The notes under the pieces: model-generated
Databases searched by the model: none
The model's input: only the letters and a program-made list of their open reading frames with translations
What the model was told of the DNA's origin: nothing
Assembly (NCBI GenBank): GCA_030704615.1
Contig: CM060734.1
Span: 46,066,001 to 46,130,000, forward strand
DNA: 64,000 nucleotides
DNA from: Takakia lepidozioides
Lineage: Eukaryota > Plantae > Bryophyta
Reading direction: 5' to 3'
Made by a program: the position numbers and the translations under genes
Part shown: in pieces, positions 1-12,914 of the stretch
Position numbering within the stretch: the stretch's first letter is position 1
How the letters are laid out: every line of letters begins with the position of its first letter

Positions 1-758
1 AACCTCTTGACCTAGACCCTACCAGCTTATCTTGAACATCTTATCCAGAATTTGCTTACATGCAGGCCCCCTACCATTCCAGCAAAAATCACTAAAGCAA
101 TTTCTAGACTAGTACATAGTAACCAAGCTTCCGAGGGCTCAAGTAGGTAGAGACTACAAGTGACATCATCCAACCTTTCAGCCCTTCTCTTCTGAGCTCT
201 CTTTCGCTTGTCATAGGCTGTGCAGTAAACAAACAAAGAACCCCTCCCAACAGAAGACTCCCTTCCTCTATCACGATGGTCTTCAGGCTAAGAAGCCCTG
301 GTACAGGTCTGTTGATTAAGAAAATAGAAATCATGCCTGTATTGCATTGTGAGCCATGAAGCGAGAAGCAGCTCCTGCAAAACTGACATCAATCCTTTTC
401 CATGCTACTTGCTGGAGCCCCACCACCATTTCTTCTGAAAGCCAGCAGGATCTCTGTGAATCTCATGAAGCTCCAGGGAAGAGAGACAGAGAGAGGATTA
501 GAGAGAGGAGAGAAAAGAATGTGGGTCTAGCAATAAGACGCTGTGGGTGTACTTTGTTCCCCATAACCTTCCTGCCATCAGCCCAATTAGATGGTAAACC
601 ACACCAGGCCCTCAGCGGAAAAAAAGAATTAAAGAAAGAAAATTATAAGCATCCATGGGGTGGCAGAGGGGGACAAGTGACAGACAGACAGACAGACGCA
701 GAGAGAGAGACAGAAAGAGAGAGAGAGAAAGCTTCAGCAGCAAGCTGAGGCTGTGTAC

Positions 759-3700
759 TCATTTCATTCACAGGAGGCTCGAAGCCCTCAGATGATGCAT
801 CTTCCAAGAAGGGGGGTAGGACTTCCTCCCGTACAATATGAGGGTATTTTGGATCAACTGGTTCATGTACTATCTGCTTGTGAAGGTAAACAAGGATAAG
901 ATTAATAGTAATTGAGAAAATGGTGTCAAGGGGAAATGATGTAATTGTGGAATAAAATCATCAGACATATGGTTGCCCCATAAGTGACATGCTTCTAGAA
1001 CTCAATACTTCAGCTGCTTGCAAACCCCCTAAGCTGGAACAAACTCAATAAATGGAACCCAAGAAAGACACAGTTCAAGCAAAAACCTGAGGCATTTCTG
1101 ATACCCTCCGTATTGATGCTGTCCGCCACCCAACCATGTCTATGAAGCACAGATGTCAAGGTTCCACCAAGTTCATTAACAAAACGGCAAAACATCACAA
1201 CCCTCGCTTGGATGCTGTTGAACAAATCTCCATTAACTCATAGGCTCTGTGGGTAACAACAACTCTGGCTGTAGATATTGCATTACGCTCGTCACAAACA
1301 TGAAGTGACCTTAACTGGCAGAGCAAAAGAGTGAACGGAGCGGATACGGTCGTACACAACATTTGCATATGTAGAACGATGACTGAAGGCACGCAAAGCT
1401 GATCTACAGGTCGGGAAAAACCCACTCCCATCACCATCCTTGCAATCCTAAACCACCAAAAATACAACTGGGACAGACATATCATGAGAAGCATAGGCAA
1501 TTTGCAACTTGTAGCTTCTCTGAACTGAATGAGGAGGACGATATATTGTTCAATATATACTTCTATCCTGTTCATGAACCATGCCAGATTTAACAAAAAC
1601 CCTCAGAAGACAAGTTGGGATGAAGAAATTGACAATCTCCGCTCTCTCTTTCTCTTCCACTCTATCTATATATCGATAGATCTCTAAGCCAGATTATCCA
1701 GGGAAGGAAAAAAGAAGGGAAACCCACTTATGTCTTTTTCCTGGATGTCAAAAAGGCTTATGACACAGTGTGGAGGGATGGCCTATGGTTCCGCCTCTGG
1801 TCTTGTGGGATCAAGGGAAAGATGTGGAGAGTTGTCCACAACTTGTATGCTCACACCAAAAGCTGTGTCACTGTTAACGGACAGAAGTCCAACTTCTTTG
1901 ACATAGACCAAGGTGTAGCTCAAGGATGTACTCTCTCCCCTCTGCTCTTCAATGTTTTCATCAATCAACTCCTCGAGGATGTGGAAAGTGAGGGATTTGG
2001 GTTAAGGGTGGGTGATACCACCATACCAGCCCTTCTGTTTGCGGATGACTTCGCAGGCATAGGGGAGACTCCAACCAATCTCCAGGAGTTAAAATTGCGC
2101 GAAGAGATACTTTGATCTTTGGGGGCTAGAGGCTAATGTCAGCAAATGTGCAGTGGTAGCATTCAACGACAGAGGAGAGGGAGGAAGTGATCTTAAGTGG
2201 CAGTGGGGTAGCCAAGAGATCCCGGTCCTCCCTTCCTACACTTACCTGGGCGTTGAGTTCTCCTCCAACTGTAATTGGGATGCAATTGTTCGAACTGGCA
2301 AGGGCAAAGCTCTGGGGCTCACTAAATTTTTCCACTGCAGAGGGGTCAACTCTGAGGTTAAGAAAACCATGCTTTGTCGCGTTATTAGACCTGCCTTGGA
2401 GTACGGATCTGCTATATGGGTTGATAACTCCAACCAGGCTAAGTCTCTAGAATCCATTCAAGTGGGGGTGCTTAAGGAGTGTATGTCAGCATGCTCCAAA
2501 ACAGCCAATGTGGCTGTTCGGGGTGAGTTTGGCATTCCGTCCTTAAGCTCCCGACGAGATGAATTCAAGGTCAGATGGTGGGGTCAGCTGCAACATATGC
2601 CCAACACCAGATATCCTAAATTAATCGACTCTATACCTTGGAAACAGGACCGCCCTGTCAAACAGGCTAAGTCCTGGCAGAAGAGAGTAGAAGAGATCCT
2701 CAAGGACCTGGGGACCTGGATACGCAAGTCTTGACCCTGCTGGATAAATCTGACTTAGAGGCTGTAGTGTCCTCAGCCATGTCTGTTGCCATGAGATTGT
2801 CTGATGAAAATGAAGTTAGGCAGAAAACTTCCCTGAACTTGTTTCCAGTCTGTGACATGGGGGAGGACATCTTGGATGACCTCAAGGGTCTACCCACTCT
2901 CGGCACTAGACTGAAATTTAAACTCAGGGCAGGAAGCCTACCTTTGAACAGCAAACAGAAGCAGAGAGGAAAGGGAGAGTGCAATTGCCCGTTGTGTGGG
3001 CAATCTGAAGACATTATTCATTTTCTGATACACTGTCCGGGGTTCTCTCACCAAAGAGACGCTCTCTTCAAATCTATTAAGGGAATTGTGCCTGTACCCC
3101 TGTTTACCAACTTTGAAAGTCTCGAGGCTGAGCCAAAAGCCCAGGCCCTCCTGAGGCCTAGTTTTTGGGCAAATCACACACAGCAGATTGATGCTTGTGT
3201 GAAGGGATTTCTAGAGGATATCTGGAAAACCCGGATTAATTCTTTATATGGAGGTAAGTCTTACTACCAACGTCAGCCCCTGACAGAGGCAGGTTCTGTC
3301 CCTTTTGTTCCCGCTCAAACTGGGCGTGGGGTCAACGGCCACAAGGCTACGGCAAACAACGTCTTATGAGTACAATCTATATATCGATCCAAGGGTTGGT
3401 GCATATCACCCCCTACCATTGAAAGTACTCAGCCTTCAGCAACAGGAGTGCCCTCCACCAACTTGCCCATCCCCCCCACCCTACCACCCTGCGCCCTTGC
3501 CCGCCTTCTCACTTCAATACAACTGAGAGCACCAAATCTTCCCATAAGACTATGGAGTCACAGTCCTATGAGAGGAAATCTTTGTCAACACTCTTTCAAT
3601 ATACAGGTGAAAATGACAGATGAGCAAGATGAACTGACATGAACTTTCCTTCGTCACAATCAGTGACCATGCGTCGAAGCAGAGGCAGGCGAGTGCTGTG

Positions 3701-6597
3701 TCCATCAGTGAGAAACAAGTGCTTTCCCGTTTCTCCCACAAACCAATGGGCAAACAGGGGGGCAACTCTCTCAAATATGGAGAAACCGAACAGGAAAGGC
3801 AACTGCAACATGAACACACAAGTCACCCCTTCAAAGACAGACATAGACAAAGAATGAGTGGTGATTGAGTAAAGCACCCTCGAAGACACTACTACAAGAT
3901 GCTGTGGAGATGTTTTTAGCTCATGTCTGTGTGGAACAAACAGAGGGTAGCCTTAATTAGCTGCCGGTCTCAAACCAGACTTGGTTACCTTGACACAATC
4001 ATTCCAGCCTCCATATCTTGAGAACTCGCAGCATTTTGGTGACATGGATACACATGGAATCTCTTCAAAGGGTCTAATTGTAGAGATACTAATCATGGGG
4101 ATACCTGCTGATTGCCTCTGGAACCCAGGTGAGGTGTCGCAACTGTATGAAATTGATAGGTTGAAGACCTGCCATGGTGCCATGTGAGGTGAAGCCCACA
4201 TGTGGGACATTCTCATTAACAGTCATTGCAGTTTCCCTCGGCTCACAACCGACAGCAGGCTGTTCTCCATTGGTGCAGTTAGAGTCTCGTCTCAACAGAT
4301 TTTCACTGCCTGGAGATGTGTACAACTGGCCAATTGCATACCGGGCGACTAAGCCTCCAAGTGAATGGGCCAAAAACGATATCTTGGTTACACCAGGGGT
4401 GTCCCTGATAACCTCTTGCACCTGCATATCAGAGTACAGTTAAGAGGGTTTTTAAGATGACTTCAGGGTCATTAGACTTCTACCTTTTCACAACCAGACA
4501 GGAAGTCGTCTTTCCATAACAGAAAATAATTTGTGCTGTAAGCCATGGATTCTTGCAGGAAGTGAATCCAACTCTTCCTTACGGACCTTCAATGGCGTTG
4601 ATGTAATGGGGCATCGACTTGCCAAAGAGGTTGGCCCTGCCATTCCTCTCCTCCCCACCCAACCCCCCACTCCCCTCACTGTGGGAAAAAAGGCCAAAGG
4701 GTTTCTACCAATTGTCTTCAAATGCCTTTCGGTCATAATAAGCTCTAACCTTTACCAGAGTGTCGTCTAGCAGAGTAGGACACAGAAGAGCAATGGAAGG
4801 ACAAATCATAAGGTTATTAAATTAGAAATGAAACAAAGGGAGAGAGATAGAGAGATATGTAGATAGATAGAAGGAAATGCATGACTGACAGTCCATATCA
4901 ATATTAGCTATTGCAGAGCCATGTCAGCATAGCCACTGCAGTGTACCCAACCCCTCTGGAAGTAATTCATGGAGTTTCACCCACCAGGGTATGAAAACTC
5001 AGCCTACAGTTGCTGAAGTGCTTGCCTGAAGCTGCCCACAATCCAGTTATAAAATATCTCAAGCCTTGTAATTGACATTCTTTGCCCAAGCAAACAAAGA
5101 GGAAGCAAAGGAAATGGCCATGATTATTTGCTACCCACAATGAATCACGACTGTATCAGAAAGCTTCAACTGGAATTGCTCAGCAGCAAACCTCCAGTTA
5201 TCAGCACTGCATACATAGCAAATCATTACATCAGATGTCTTCTGGGCAACGTTGGAGGTAGGGAGTATTTGGCTTTTTTCATGGCATTAACCTCCTAGTG
5301 ACAAGGTTGTGAGCACTCCAGCTCTACCAGAACTACCACTCTATTCAGGTGGTTATCACAAAGCATGTAGGGTGCTGCCAAAGAGAGGTCTACTGCAAAA
5401 TGATCACAAGCACAAAGGTTGACGTAACCACATTTTAATCTAACCCTGATAACTATAAGAGCGTACTACTACCAGGGCATGTCAAGTCACCTCATCCCAA
5501 GAGTCCACCAACAGAGCCTATAAAAAGTGTGCTTGGGGCCACCCCAGCAAGGTATAATATCTCAGCAGACAGTCTAACACACCTACTGGACTTGCATTTG
5601 GCAATCTGAAGATTCTGGAACGATTTCCCTGGGCACAATGAGATAAAACTTTAGGGCTAAACCCTAAATGAGATGAGGAGATTAAGAAATATGTGTTTGA
5701 CATTTGAGCTGTACACAGGCCACTATTATTCTACCCAGAGTTATGGTGGTGCATCAATTTTTTTCCTGGTAAGGAGAAGTCTTGAACGCCCAGAATCCGT
5801 CTATCCAGGAGAGATCGAAATCTGTCTTCAGACACATAGCTGCCACAATGGATCATGAACTAACGAGACGATCTTGAACGCATGTTTGGCAGCAACCTTG
5901 CGACAAAATTAACTGCGTTCAAAGATATACACGCTACAATCACATGGATGCTTTAACCAAACAGTATTCGTATTTCATCTCATCAGCCTTTGAGACTTGC
6001 TGTAAAAGCTCCTCTTACAGTCATCGCACTTAGTCTCGCATTGGACAAGGAGGCCTCCAAAGGATTCATATAGCCAGAAATTTTCATAGTTTCTTTGAGA
6101 AAATGGACAGCCAAAACTGGCATCGTGTCCATGCGCGTGACGTTCCACGCTGATACAAACATGTTCTGAAGAAACCTGAGCGAAAAGCGATCGGTCAAAG
6201 TGAGGAACATCTTCCTCGGGATTTTTATTCAAACTTGTATTTGGAATTTTTTGCATGCTTTGTCCTAGGACTGGGTCAAATCCTCCAGTCACCAAACTGA
6301 TGGTGATGCAATAATCATTTCTAAGATGCAGAGAAGAACCTTCCAATGAGACCATTGCATAATGACGAGATGCTCCGGTCGAGCTCCATCACAGGCACCG
6401 AGAGTGAAAGAAGACTCCGCCTCCTCTGATATCTTCAGCTTCCCCTCTCCCTCTCCTCTGGCCGCCGCCTGATCTTTGGATTTTCCCAGCCGCTTCAAAT
6501 TCTTGGAGAACTTCTTCAAATCTTTGGTGAGGGATGGGGAGGGTACGCATCCTTTGGGCGCCGCCGTCGCTTCCTGTCTCCTCCTCACTATCGGCAA
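759..6597 (-). pseudogene. DUF676 putative serine esterase/lipase (ROG1-like), multi-exon, damaged; 3' end probably lies left of the window
   Basis: Exons recognised: ~6341-6597 (PEHLVIM[V]NGLIGS, 2-bp deletion), ~5140-5206 (ADNWRFAAEQFQLKLSDTVVIH), 4559-4629 (SESNSSLRTFNGVDVMGHRLAKE, on the OPPOSITE strand), ~4105-4421 (VQEV..KISFLAHSLGGLVARYAIG..PINFI[T]VATPHLGSRG, 1-bp deletion), ~3637-3802 (LPFLFG..TGKHLFLTD..PLLRRM), ~1347-1403 (SALRAFSHRSTYANVVYD), ~1087-1140 (MVGWRTASIRR), ~759-876 (DPKYPHIV). Carries the AHSLGG nucleophile motif. Confidence 0.85.
1678..3374 (+). mobile_element. 5'-truncated non-LTR retrotransposon (RTE-like LINE, 'family A') in a DUF676 intron
   Basis: RT motifs FLDVKKAYDTV, GVAQGCTLSPLLF, LLFADD and YTYLG, then a C-terminal CPLC..EDIIHFLIHC zinc motif, spread over three frameshifted ORFs (1768-2115, 2153-2734, 2731-3369). 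Exact 14-bp TSD ATCTATATATCGAT at 1664-1677 and 3375-3388. Confidence 0.92.
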
Positions 6598-7060
6598 CCC
6601 TCGTCAGGGTCCGTAAGCATCTGTGGGAATCTTCAGGGGATCCGAAAGCATCGGAGGGTATCCGTAGGGATCTGTCGAGCGTCCGTAAACATCTGTCGGG
6701 AGAGAAGAGAGAAGACTCCAGCCCAAACCCGCATAACTAAGAGCCACTTTCGCCCCGTCTAGGGATGGGCCCTATGCCCTATGCCATCTGTCGGGATATT
6801 GGCTATGCTCCAACCGACAAAACAATGGAGGCCTTTGAATTTTAATTGTGCTCAGTATCCAACTTCTTGTTTTGAAACCGCTTGAAGAAACTTTGAGCAT
6901 AGCCAGGCACATTGTCGTTTTGGTGTCACTACAAGAGAAGCTGGGGTTAATGACTGTGGCTTTCCTGTAGTCATGACACATCTGACTAAATGCATGACTA
7001 CACAGTCGTGAATGCAATTAGAAATGAATAAAAATATTTCCCGGACGGACATATGACGGG

Positions 7061-7260
7061 ACATATAACTAACAGTCGTGTGTAAGTCTAAGATATGATG
7101 ACATGTCACAAGACATATGACTAACAGTCGTGTGCATGTCTAGGATGTGATGACATGTCATGGTACATATGACTAATAGTCATAGGATCTGTTGACATGT
7201 CACATTACATACGACTAACAGTCATGAGTACGTCTAAGATAGGATGAGATGTCATGTACA
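7061..7260. repeat. Degenerate ~52-bp tandem repeat (ACATATGACTAACAGTCGTGTG..GATGACATGTCA)
   Basis: Units start at 7061, 7113 and 7165, with a weaker one near 7207. Related fragments extend over ~6970-7350. Confidence 0.7.
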
Positions 7261-8158
7261 CACATGTCTATGACTGGATAACATGTCATAGTCAAGTATT
7301 ACTACATCTACATGACTATGACTGTGACGGTGACGATATGTATGACTAGACATATCACACTTTTTATATTTCAAAGTTTGTTGGTCTGTTTTTGATACAG
7401 ATGCCAACACAACCCAAATCCTAGAGAACATCACCACTGATATCAACTTGGTGCAAGAAGCCATTGGAGAGAAGGTGCATTCTCTAGTACCCTACCACGG
7501 TCATCAGTCTCAGGTCTAGCCCATTACTTTATATCCCACTAATTACTTATGGGCCTCTGAGTCCTCGAGAAAATTACGGCCACCAAGTTATCCAAATGAC
7601 GGCCGTCGACTACGATCAACGAAAGTAGAATCCCACTGATGATGTCTTTAGAAGGAGAAAGCCACGTGCCGAAGCAAGCGTAACTTATGGCGCGTCACTT
7701 CACCTGGAAAGCTTTTGCCATTGGAATTGGAAGGTGGACACTTTCTAACTTGGCAACTCGGTTATCCAACCCTTCTGAAGGACTTCCAAATACCTATACA
7801 ATAACATTACATAAGTAGTTGTGGTTGACCTAGGTACCCTTTTTATAGCTATATTGGCCATAATGGGTGAGATCCAACATACATCTATGTGGCTTTGAAC
7901 CCATAACCACTTGATGTCATAACGGATATTGATCAACACAAAAGAGTTTTATGTTCCAAGGTTGTGATATTGGACATGAATCATGACAAGAAGTCTGGGT
8001 GGAGCAAGAGTCTCAAGAGAATTGGAGAGAGGGAGAGATACAGATCAAATTATGACAAAAATCTGCACTAGAAAAATATTGATGTATGTGATAGTCTCGT
8101 GATAGTTCTTATATTGTAGTTTTCCGGAAGTATGATGTTCCATCTTCTCTTGATGCAG

Positions 8159-11100
8159 ATGGGACACTTCATCTACCAACTTACTGCATTTATTCTCACA
8201 GTTTCTATTGGCTTCTACTATTGTTGGCAAGTTACACTGGTCAATCTATCCATTGTTCCTCTCCTTATCGGATCGAGCGCTATCTATGGCCGAATCGTTA
8301 TGAATATGAGCAAGAAAACATCTACAGCCTATGCTGATGCTGGGGGCATTGCTGAGCAGGTATGATTGAATAGTTACAAGTTAGCTGATAGCTGATATAA
8401 TTCTAGAAATCTCTTCCACATCTTGAGGTCACTAACTTCGCTGGAACTAGTCTACCTAGACTACATGACACATATTTTCATTTTGTTGGATTTCAAGGCC
8501 TCAAAACAATTGGTATCGATTAGAAGCTGATTATACTTTGAGATAGATATAGCTGATCTTTGCAGATTGACCAGTCCCATCCTATTTTTTGAACATTGAG
8601 ATAAAAACTACCAATATTATAAAATTATCGTGGGATTGACAGACCTTATCCCAAATACGCACTGTGTATTCATATGTCGGGGAGATGGAGGCTGCAACCA
8701 GTTTCTCAACTGCTCTTTCCAGTACCTTTCAAATTGAGAAAAAGGCTAGACTAGAAAAAGGCTAGACTGGCAAAAGGGTTGGGCTTGGGTATCAACTTGG
8801 GTGTGACAAACTGCTCTTGGGGTTTGCTATACTGGTTTGGGGGGCGTATGATTAGAGGTGGTCACAGTGGCACCGGCAACATTGTAGTTAGTCTCTTCAT
8901 TGTCACCTATGGTGCCTGGTAAGTAACATGTGACCAATTATATCCTGCTTCCAATTTGTGTAATTAAATGCAGTGTGGTATTAAGTGATATCTTAACTTG
9001 AAAGATGGCAGGTCTTGAAAAACAAATGCATGAGATCAAGTGCATAATTCCTTGAAACTTCAAATATGTTCTTCCCAATCCTCAATGCAGACCAAAGACG
9101 GACTCATGTGAGAGCATAATAACTTTTCAGGAATTTTCATGTGTCAAAGGGAGCGTGTGCGCATGTATTTGCAACTCGCACTTCTTGAGTATAGAAGTTA
9201 GATAACTAGACTAATTTGCTATGTTGCATCATGTATAGGCAACTGGTACTCGCAGCACCAAACTTGCAGGCATTTGGGATCGCCAGACTTGCATGTTGGA
9301 AAGTCTTTAAGATCATTAAGCGCAAACCGACCATTATCTCATAGCAAAATGCAATTACATTGAAGGCGGTTGATGGAAGGATTCAGTTTCGAAATGTGCA
9401 CTTTGCATACCCTGCTCGTCTGGATGCACCTATCTTCGAAGGCTTGTCCTTGGAGGTTTCTACAGGCAAATCCCTTGCACTTGTTGGAAGCAGTGGATCT
9501 AGAAAGAGCACTGTGGTGTCATTGATTGAATGCTTCTATGATCCCGTCAAAGGTGTATATGATGTGAAGTTCCATTTATTTAGGTAGATAATGTTTGTCT
9601 TGAGGTAAACACTTGGCTATATAAGACTATATGGATTCGTTCAATAACACCTCCACCTTCACGTCAATCTATCTAGGTGAATCTCGAGTTGTGTTTTAAG
9701 TCTTCTTCCCGACTTAGTTGTACCCATTGGACTTAACATTGTGGGTTACAATCTATGTGCAGGAGAGGTATTCGTAGATGGATATAACATCAAAAGATTG
9801 GACTTGAAGTGGCTACGTAGTCAGATCGGCTTTGTAGGACAGGAACCTTCGTTGTTTGCTACCTGCTTCAGAGAGAACATTGTGTATGGAAAAGCTAATG
9901 CAAGCCTTGAAGAAGCTGAGATTGCTGCAAAAGCTGCCAATGCACACGATTTCATTATGCAGCTACCCGACAAGTATGACACCTAGGTACATATTACTTG
10001 GCCTGGCAATCTAAATCTTCCACCTAGAGTCGACTGATTTGTCATTTTTTTAAAGTTTTGAGAACAAAAAATCTGTTCCATGTTTGAAAGAGGGGTTTAA
10101 TCATGCATTGAGATCATCCAGTGACAAAATCCGTGACTTATAGATACTTGATTTAATGAGTAAGTCCACGAAATGACCTAAACAATTGCAGGTTAGAGAG
10201 GGGAACTCAACTCTCAAGAGGGCAAAAGCAACGTGTGGCCATTGCAAGGGCTTTGCTGAGAAATCCAACTATCCTTCTTCTAGATGAAGCCACTAGTGCC
10301 CTCGATGCCCAGTCGGAGCAGATCGTTGAAGAGGCACTCAACGGATTGCTTGGCGGCACTACCATTATTGTTGCCTACCGCCTCTCCACTATTCGCCATG
10401 CAAATACTATAGCGGTGGTGCACAAAGGCCAGATCGTGGAATCGGGGACACATGTATAGCTCATGGCACAAGAAGCAGGTAGTAGCATGTACATTAGTCT
10501 ACTTCGGCCCCTGACCATATTGCATCCATCACCCAAGATTCTAGGTACATTGACTAGCCAAACTAGTCTGATTTATTATAAGTCTAGTTCAAATGCTTTA
10601 ATACTGTTTTCAACATAAACATTTTCACTTTTCGATAGGCTATGAATCTATCTACATCCTCATCTCCATTTCAAGACATGCAGGACATCAATATGTTTCT
10701 TCTTTATCATTCTATTGTACATCATGGTATCTAGCCTCCTTCTATGTGAAGATGGTGCACATGAAAGTCTAACATATAACTTGGCCATTTTCGCTATTTT
10801 GGGCTCTACATGCTTGACGATTGTTCCTGATATGCATGCAGAGGACTGAATGAGCAGAGATTTACCTCCCAACCCAAGTATCGATCTAGTTCTGTCGCAA
10901 GTTCCCCTGTCCTAGGCTCACGTCACTCACCTTCACCATACATATATGGTATGAGTTCCTCATCAGTCATGGGCACAACATGGTCACCGGCTCATATGCT
11001 GGGAGCTCCTGCATATACATACAACATCTTCCCCTCGGAAAAAATCTATCATGGTACTTCAAGCCCGACAATTTTCGGAGAAGATTGTAAGCCAAATAGT

Positions 11101-11883
11101 ACGGACATGGTTGTGGCTCATCAAATCTCCACAAGCAAACTTATGTACACAGAGCTGCAGACACCATTGACAACAACTTCGCCACTTCTCCGCATATTGA
11201 AATTAAGTTTGTCCAATTGGCCACAAGGTTTGTTTGGTGTCATGGGGGCAATATTGACTGGCAGTGCCAAACCACTGTACTCATACTTTATGATAACAAT
11301 TGCAGTTGCATATGCCAAACCGGCAACTATTAACAAGATAGTCAACCATTTCTTGCTGGGTTTCGTGGGTATTGGGATTGAAGTCATATAAGTATAGTGC
11401 AACACTATTTTTCTGGGAATCTTTGGCCAGAAAGTTACCAAGAGTGTGCGTGAGAAAATTTTCTCAGGTAAGACTTTAGGAGTTCATGGCACATTTGAGT
11501 ACATTTCATATAAAGCTCTATGTAGATATCGAATTTCCTGTACAATGTTTCCTATAGGACAATGTAAGGAGTCAACAGACTGGTATTAAAGGGATTCATA
11601 TTGGTCCACATTCATATTGATAATGGTGTGGACACATCCATGACCAGTGGTTACGCGCAATGAGGTGGGGTGGCTTGATAAGGACGAGAACACCACTGTT
11701 GCCTCACGTCTGGCATCCGATGCGGCACTCATCAAAACAGTCCTTAGCGACCGTCTTGCATCAATAATTGAAGAGATGTCATCTTTAATTGTCGCACTTG
11801 CTCTCAATTTGATTACAACATGGCAAGTCGCACTAGTTACTTGTGCCATACTGCCTCTTTATCTTCTTGGAGGTTTTGGACAG
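8159..11883 (+). pseudogene. ABCB (P-glycoprotein/MDR) transporter pseudogene fragment: part of TMD1, NBD1, linker and start of TMD2
   Basis: Exons ~8159-8359, ~8643-8918, ~9239-9552, ~9762-9986, ~10192-10478, ~10850-11467 and ~11648-11883 with ABCB motifs ([52 protein letters not shown]). Walker A is mutated (GSSGSRKST), the signature is mutated (LSRGQKQR), and there are in-frame stops at 9984, 10457 and 11389. Confidence 0.9.
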
Positions 11884-12008
11884 GTACATATTCTTCTTGA
11901 ACAAGATTAATGTATATATGGACCTTAGACCTGAGGGAACTCCGCTGGATCTTCTTTGCATTCTGATCAAGTTCAAATTCTATACCTCCTCAGGTTCACC
12001 TATAACTG

Positions 12009-12524
12009 TGTCGTGCGCATACATATCGCTACACAACTACATCGCTGTCCAAAACCACACAACACATGTGCACACCACACACTAGTATACCACTAGTCTA
12101 CCACTAGTCCAGCCACTAGTCCAACCACTAGGCTACAACTAGTCAGTCACTAGGCTGCCACTACGCTGCCCACTATGGCAGTCACTAGTCCACACAATGA
12201 TAAAGAAGAAGAATACAAGCACAAGCTCATGCGAGCTCACAAAGCTGAAGCATAAACTCATGCATATATAACCTCATCACTCAAATACAAGTCAAGCCAA
12301 GTGCACCCCACGCCATGGGGAATCCACACTACGGCGCCATAGCTAGGCGCGGTGAGGCTCAACTCGAGAAAGATGAGCCTCCCGCGCTTGCCGTGAAGAT
12401 AACCACTCCAGGGCCTAAATCTGCCTTGACCCCTGGATTGACACTTGGGCCAATCCCAAATGTCAATATGTAAAAGCTAGCTATTTCCTAGCTAGTTTCA
12501 CACTAGTGGTAAAATAACTTGACA
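12009..12524 (-). repeat. 3' terminal repeat block A(12009-12197)-B(12198-12358)-C(12359-12524)
   Basis: A+B recurs at 12527-12876 (offset 518). B+C recurs at 24032-24358 (offset 11834). Confidence 0.95.
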
Positions 12525-12526
12525 GC

Positions 12527-12914
12527 TGTCGTGCGCATACATATCGCTACACAACTACATCGCTGTCCAAAACCACACAACACATGTGCACACCACACAC
12601 TAGTATACCACTAGTCTACCACTAGTCCAGCCACTAGTCCAACCACTAGGCTACAACTAGTCAGTCACTAGGCTGCCACTACGCTGCCCACTATGGCAGT
12701 CACTAGTCCACACAATGATAAAGAAGAAGAATACAAGCACAAGCTCATGCGAGCTCACAAAGCTGAAGCATAAACTCATGCATATATAACCTCATCACTC
12801 AAATACAAGTCAAGCCAAGTGCACCCCACGCCATGGGGAATCCACACTACGGCGCCATAGCTAGGCGCGGTGAGGCAGTCACTAGTCCACTATGGCAGTC
12901 ACTAGTCCACACAA
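12527..12914 (-). repeat. Inner repeat block A+B plus a short duplicated A-end fragment, next to a PPT-like tract
   Basis: 12527-12876 appears identical to 12009-12358. 12874-12914 repeats GGCAGTCACTAGTCCAC from the end of A. The minus strand reads AGGGGGGCGA at 12924-12915, directly before TTGTGTGG. Confidence 0.9.

Noticed and set aside
356-748. 130-aa plus-strand ORF
   Set aside because: Built from GA-rich low-complexity intronic sequence, antisense to DUF676.
6700-12008. Left TIR of the Harbinger unit
   Set aside because: I looked for GGCCCCGGCCGCACC after TAA/TTA and found no match, so the left boundary is undefined.
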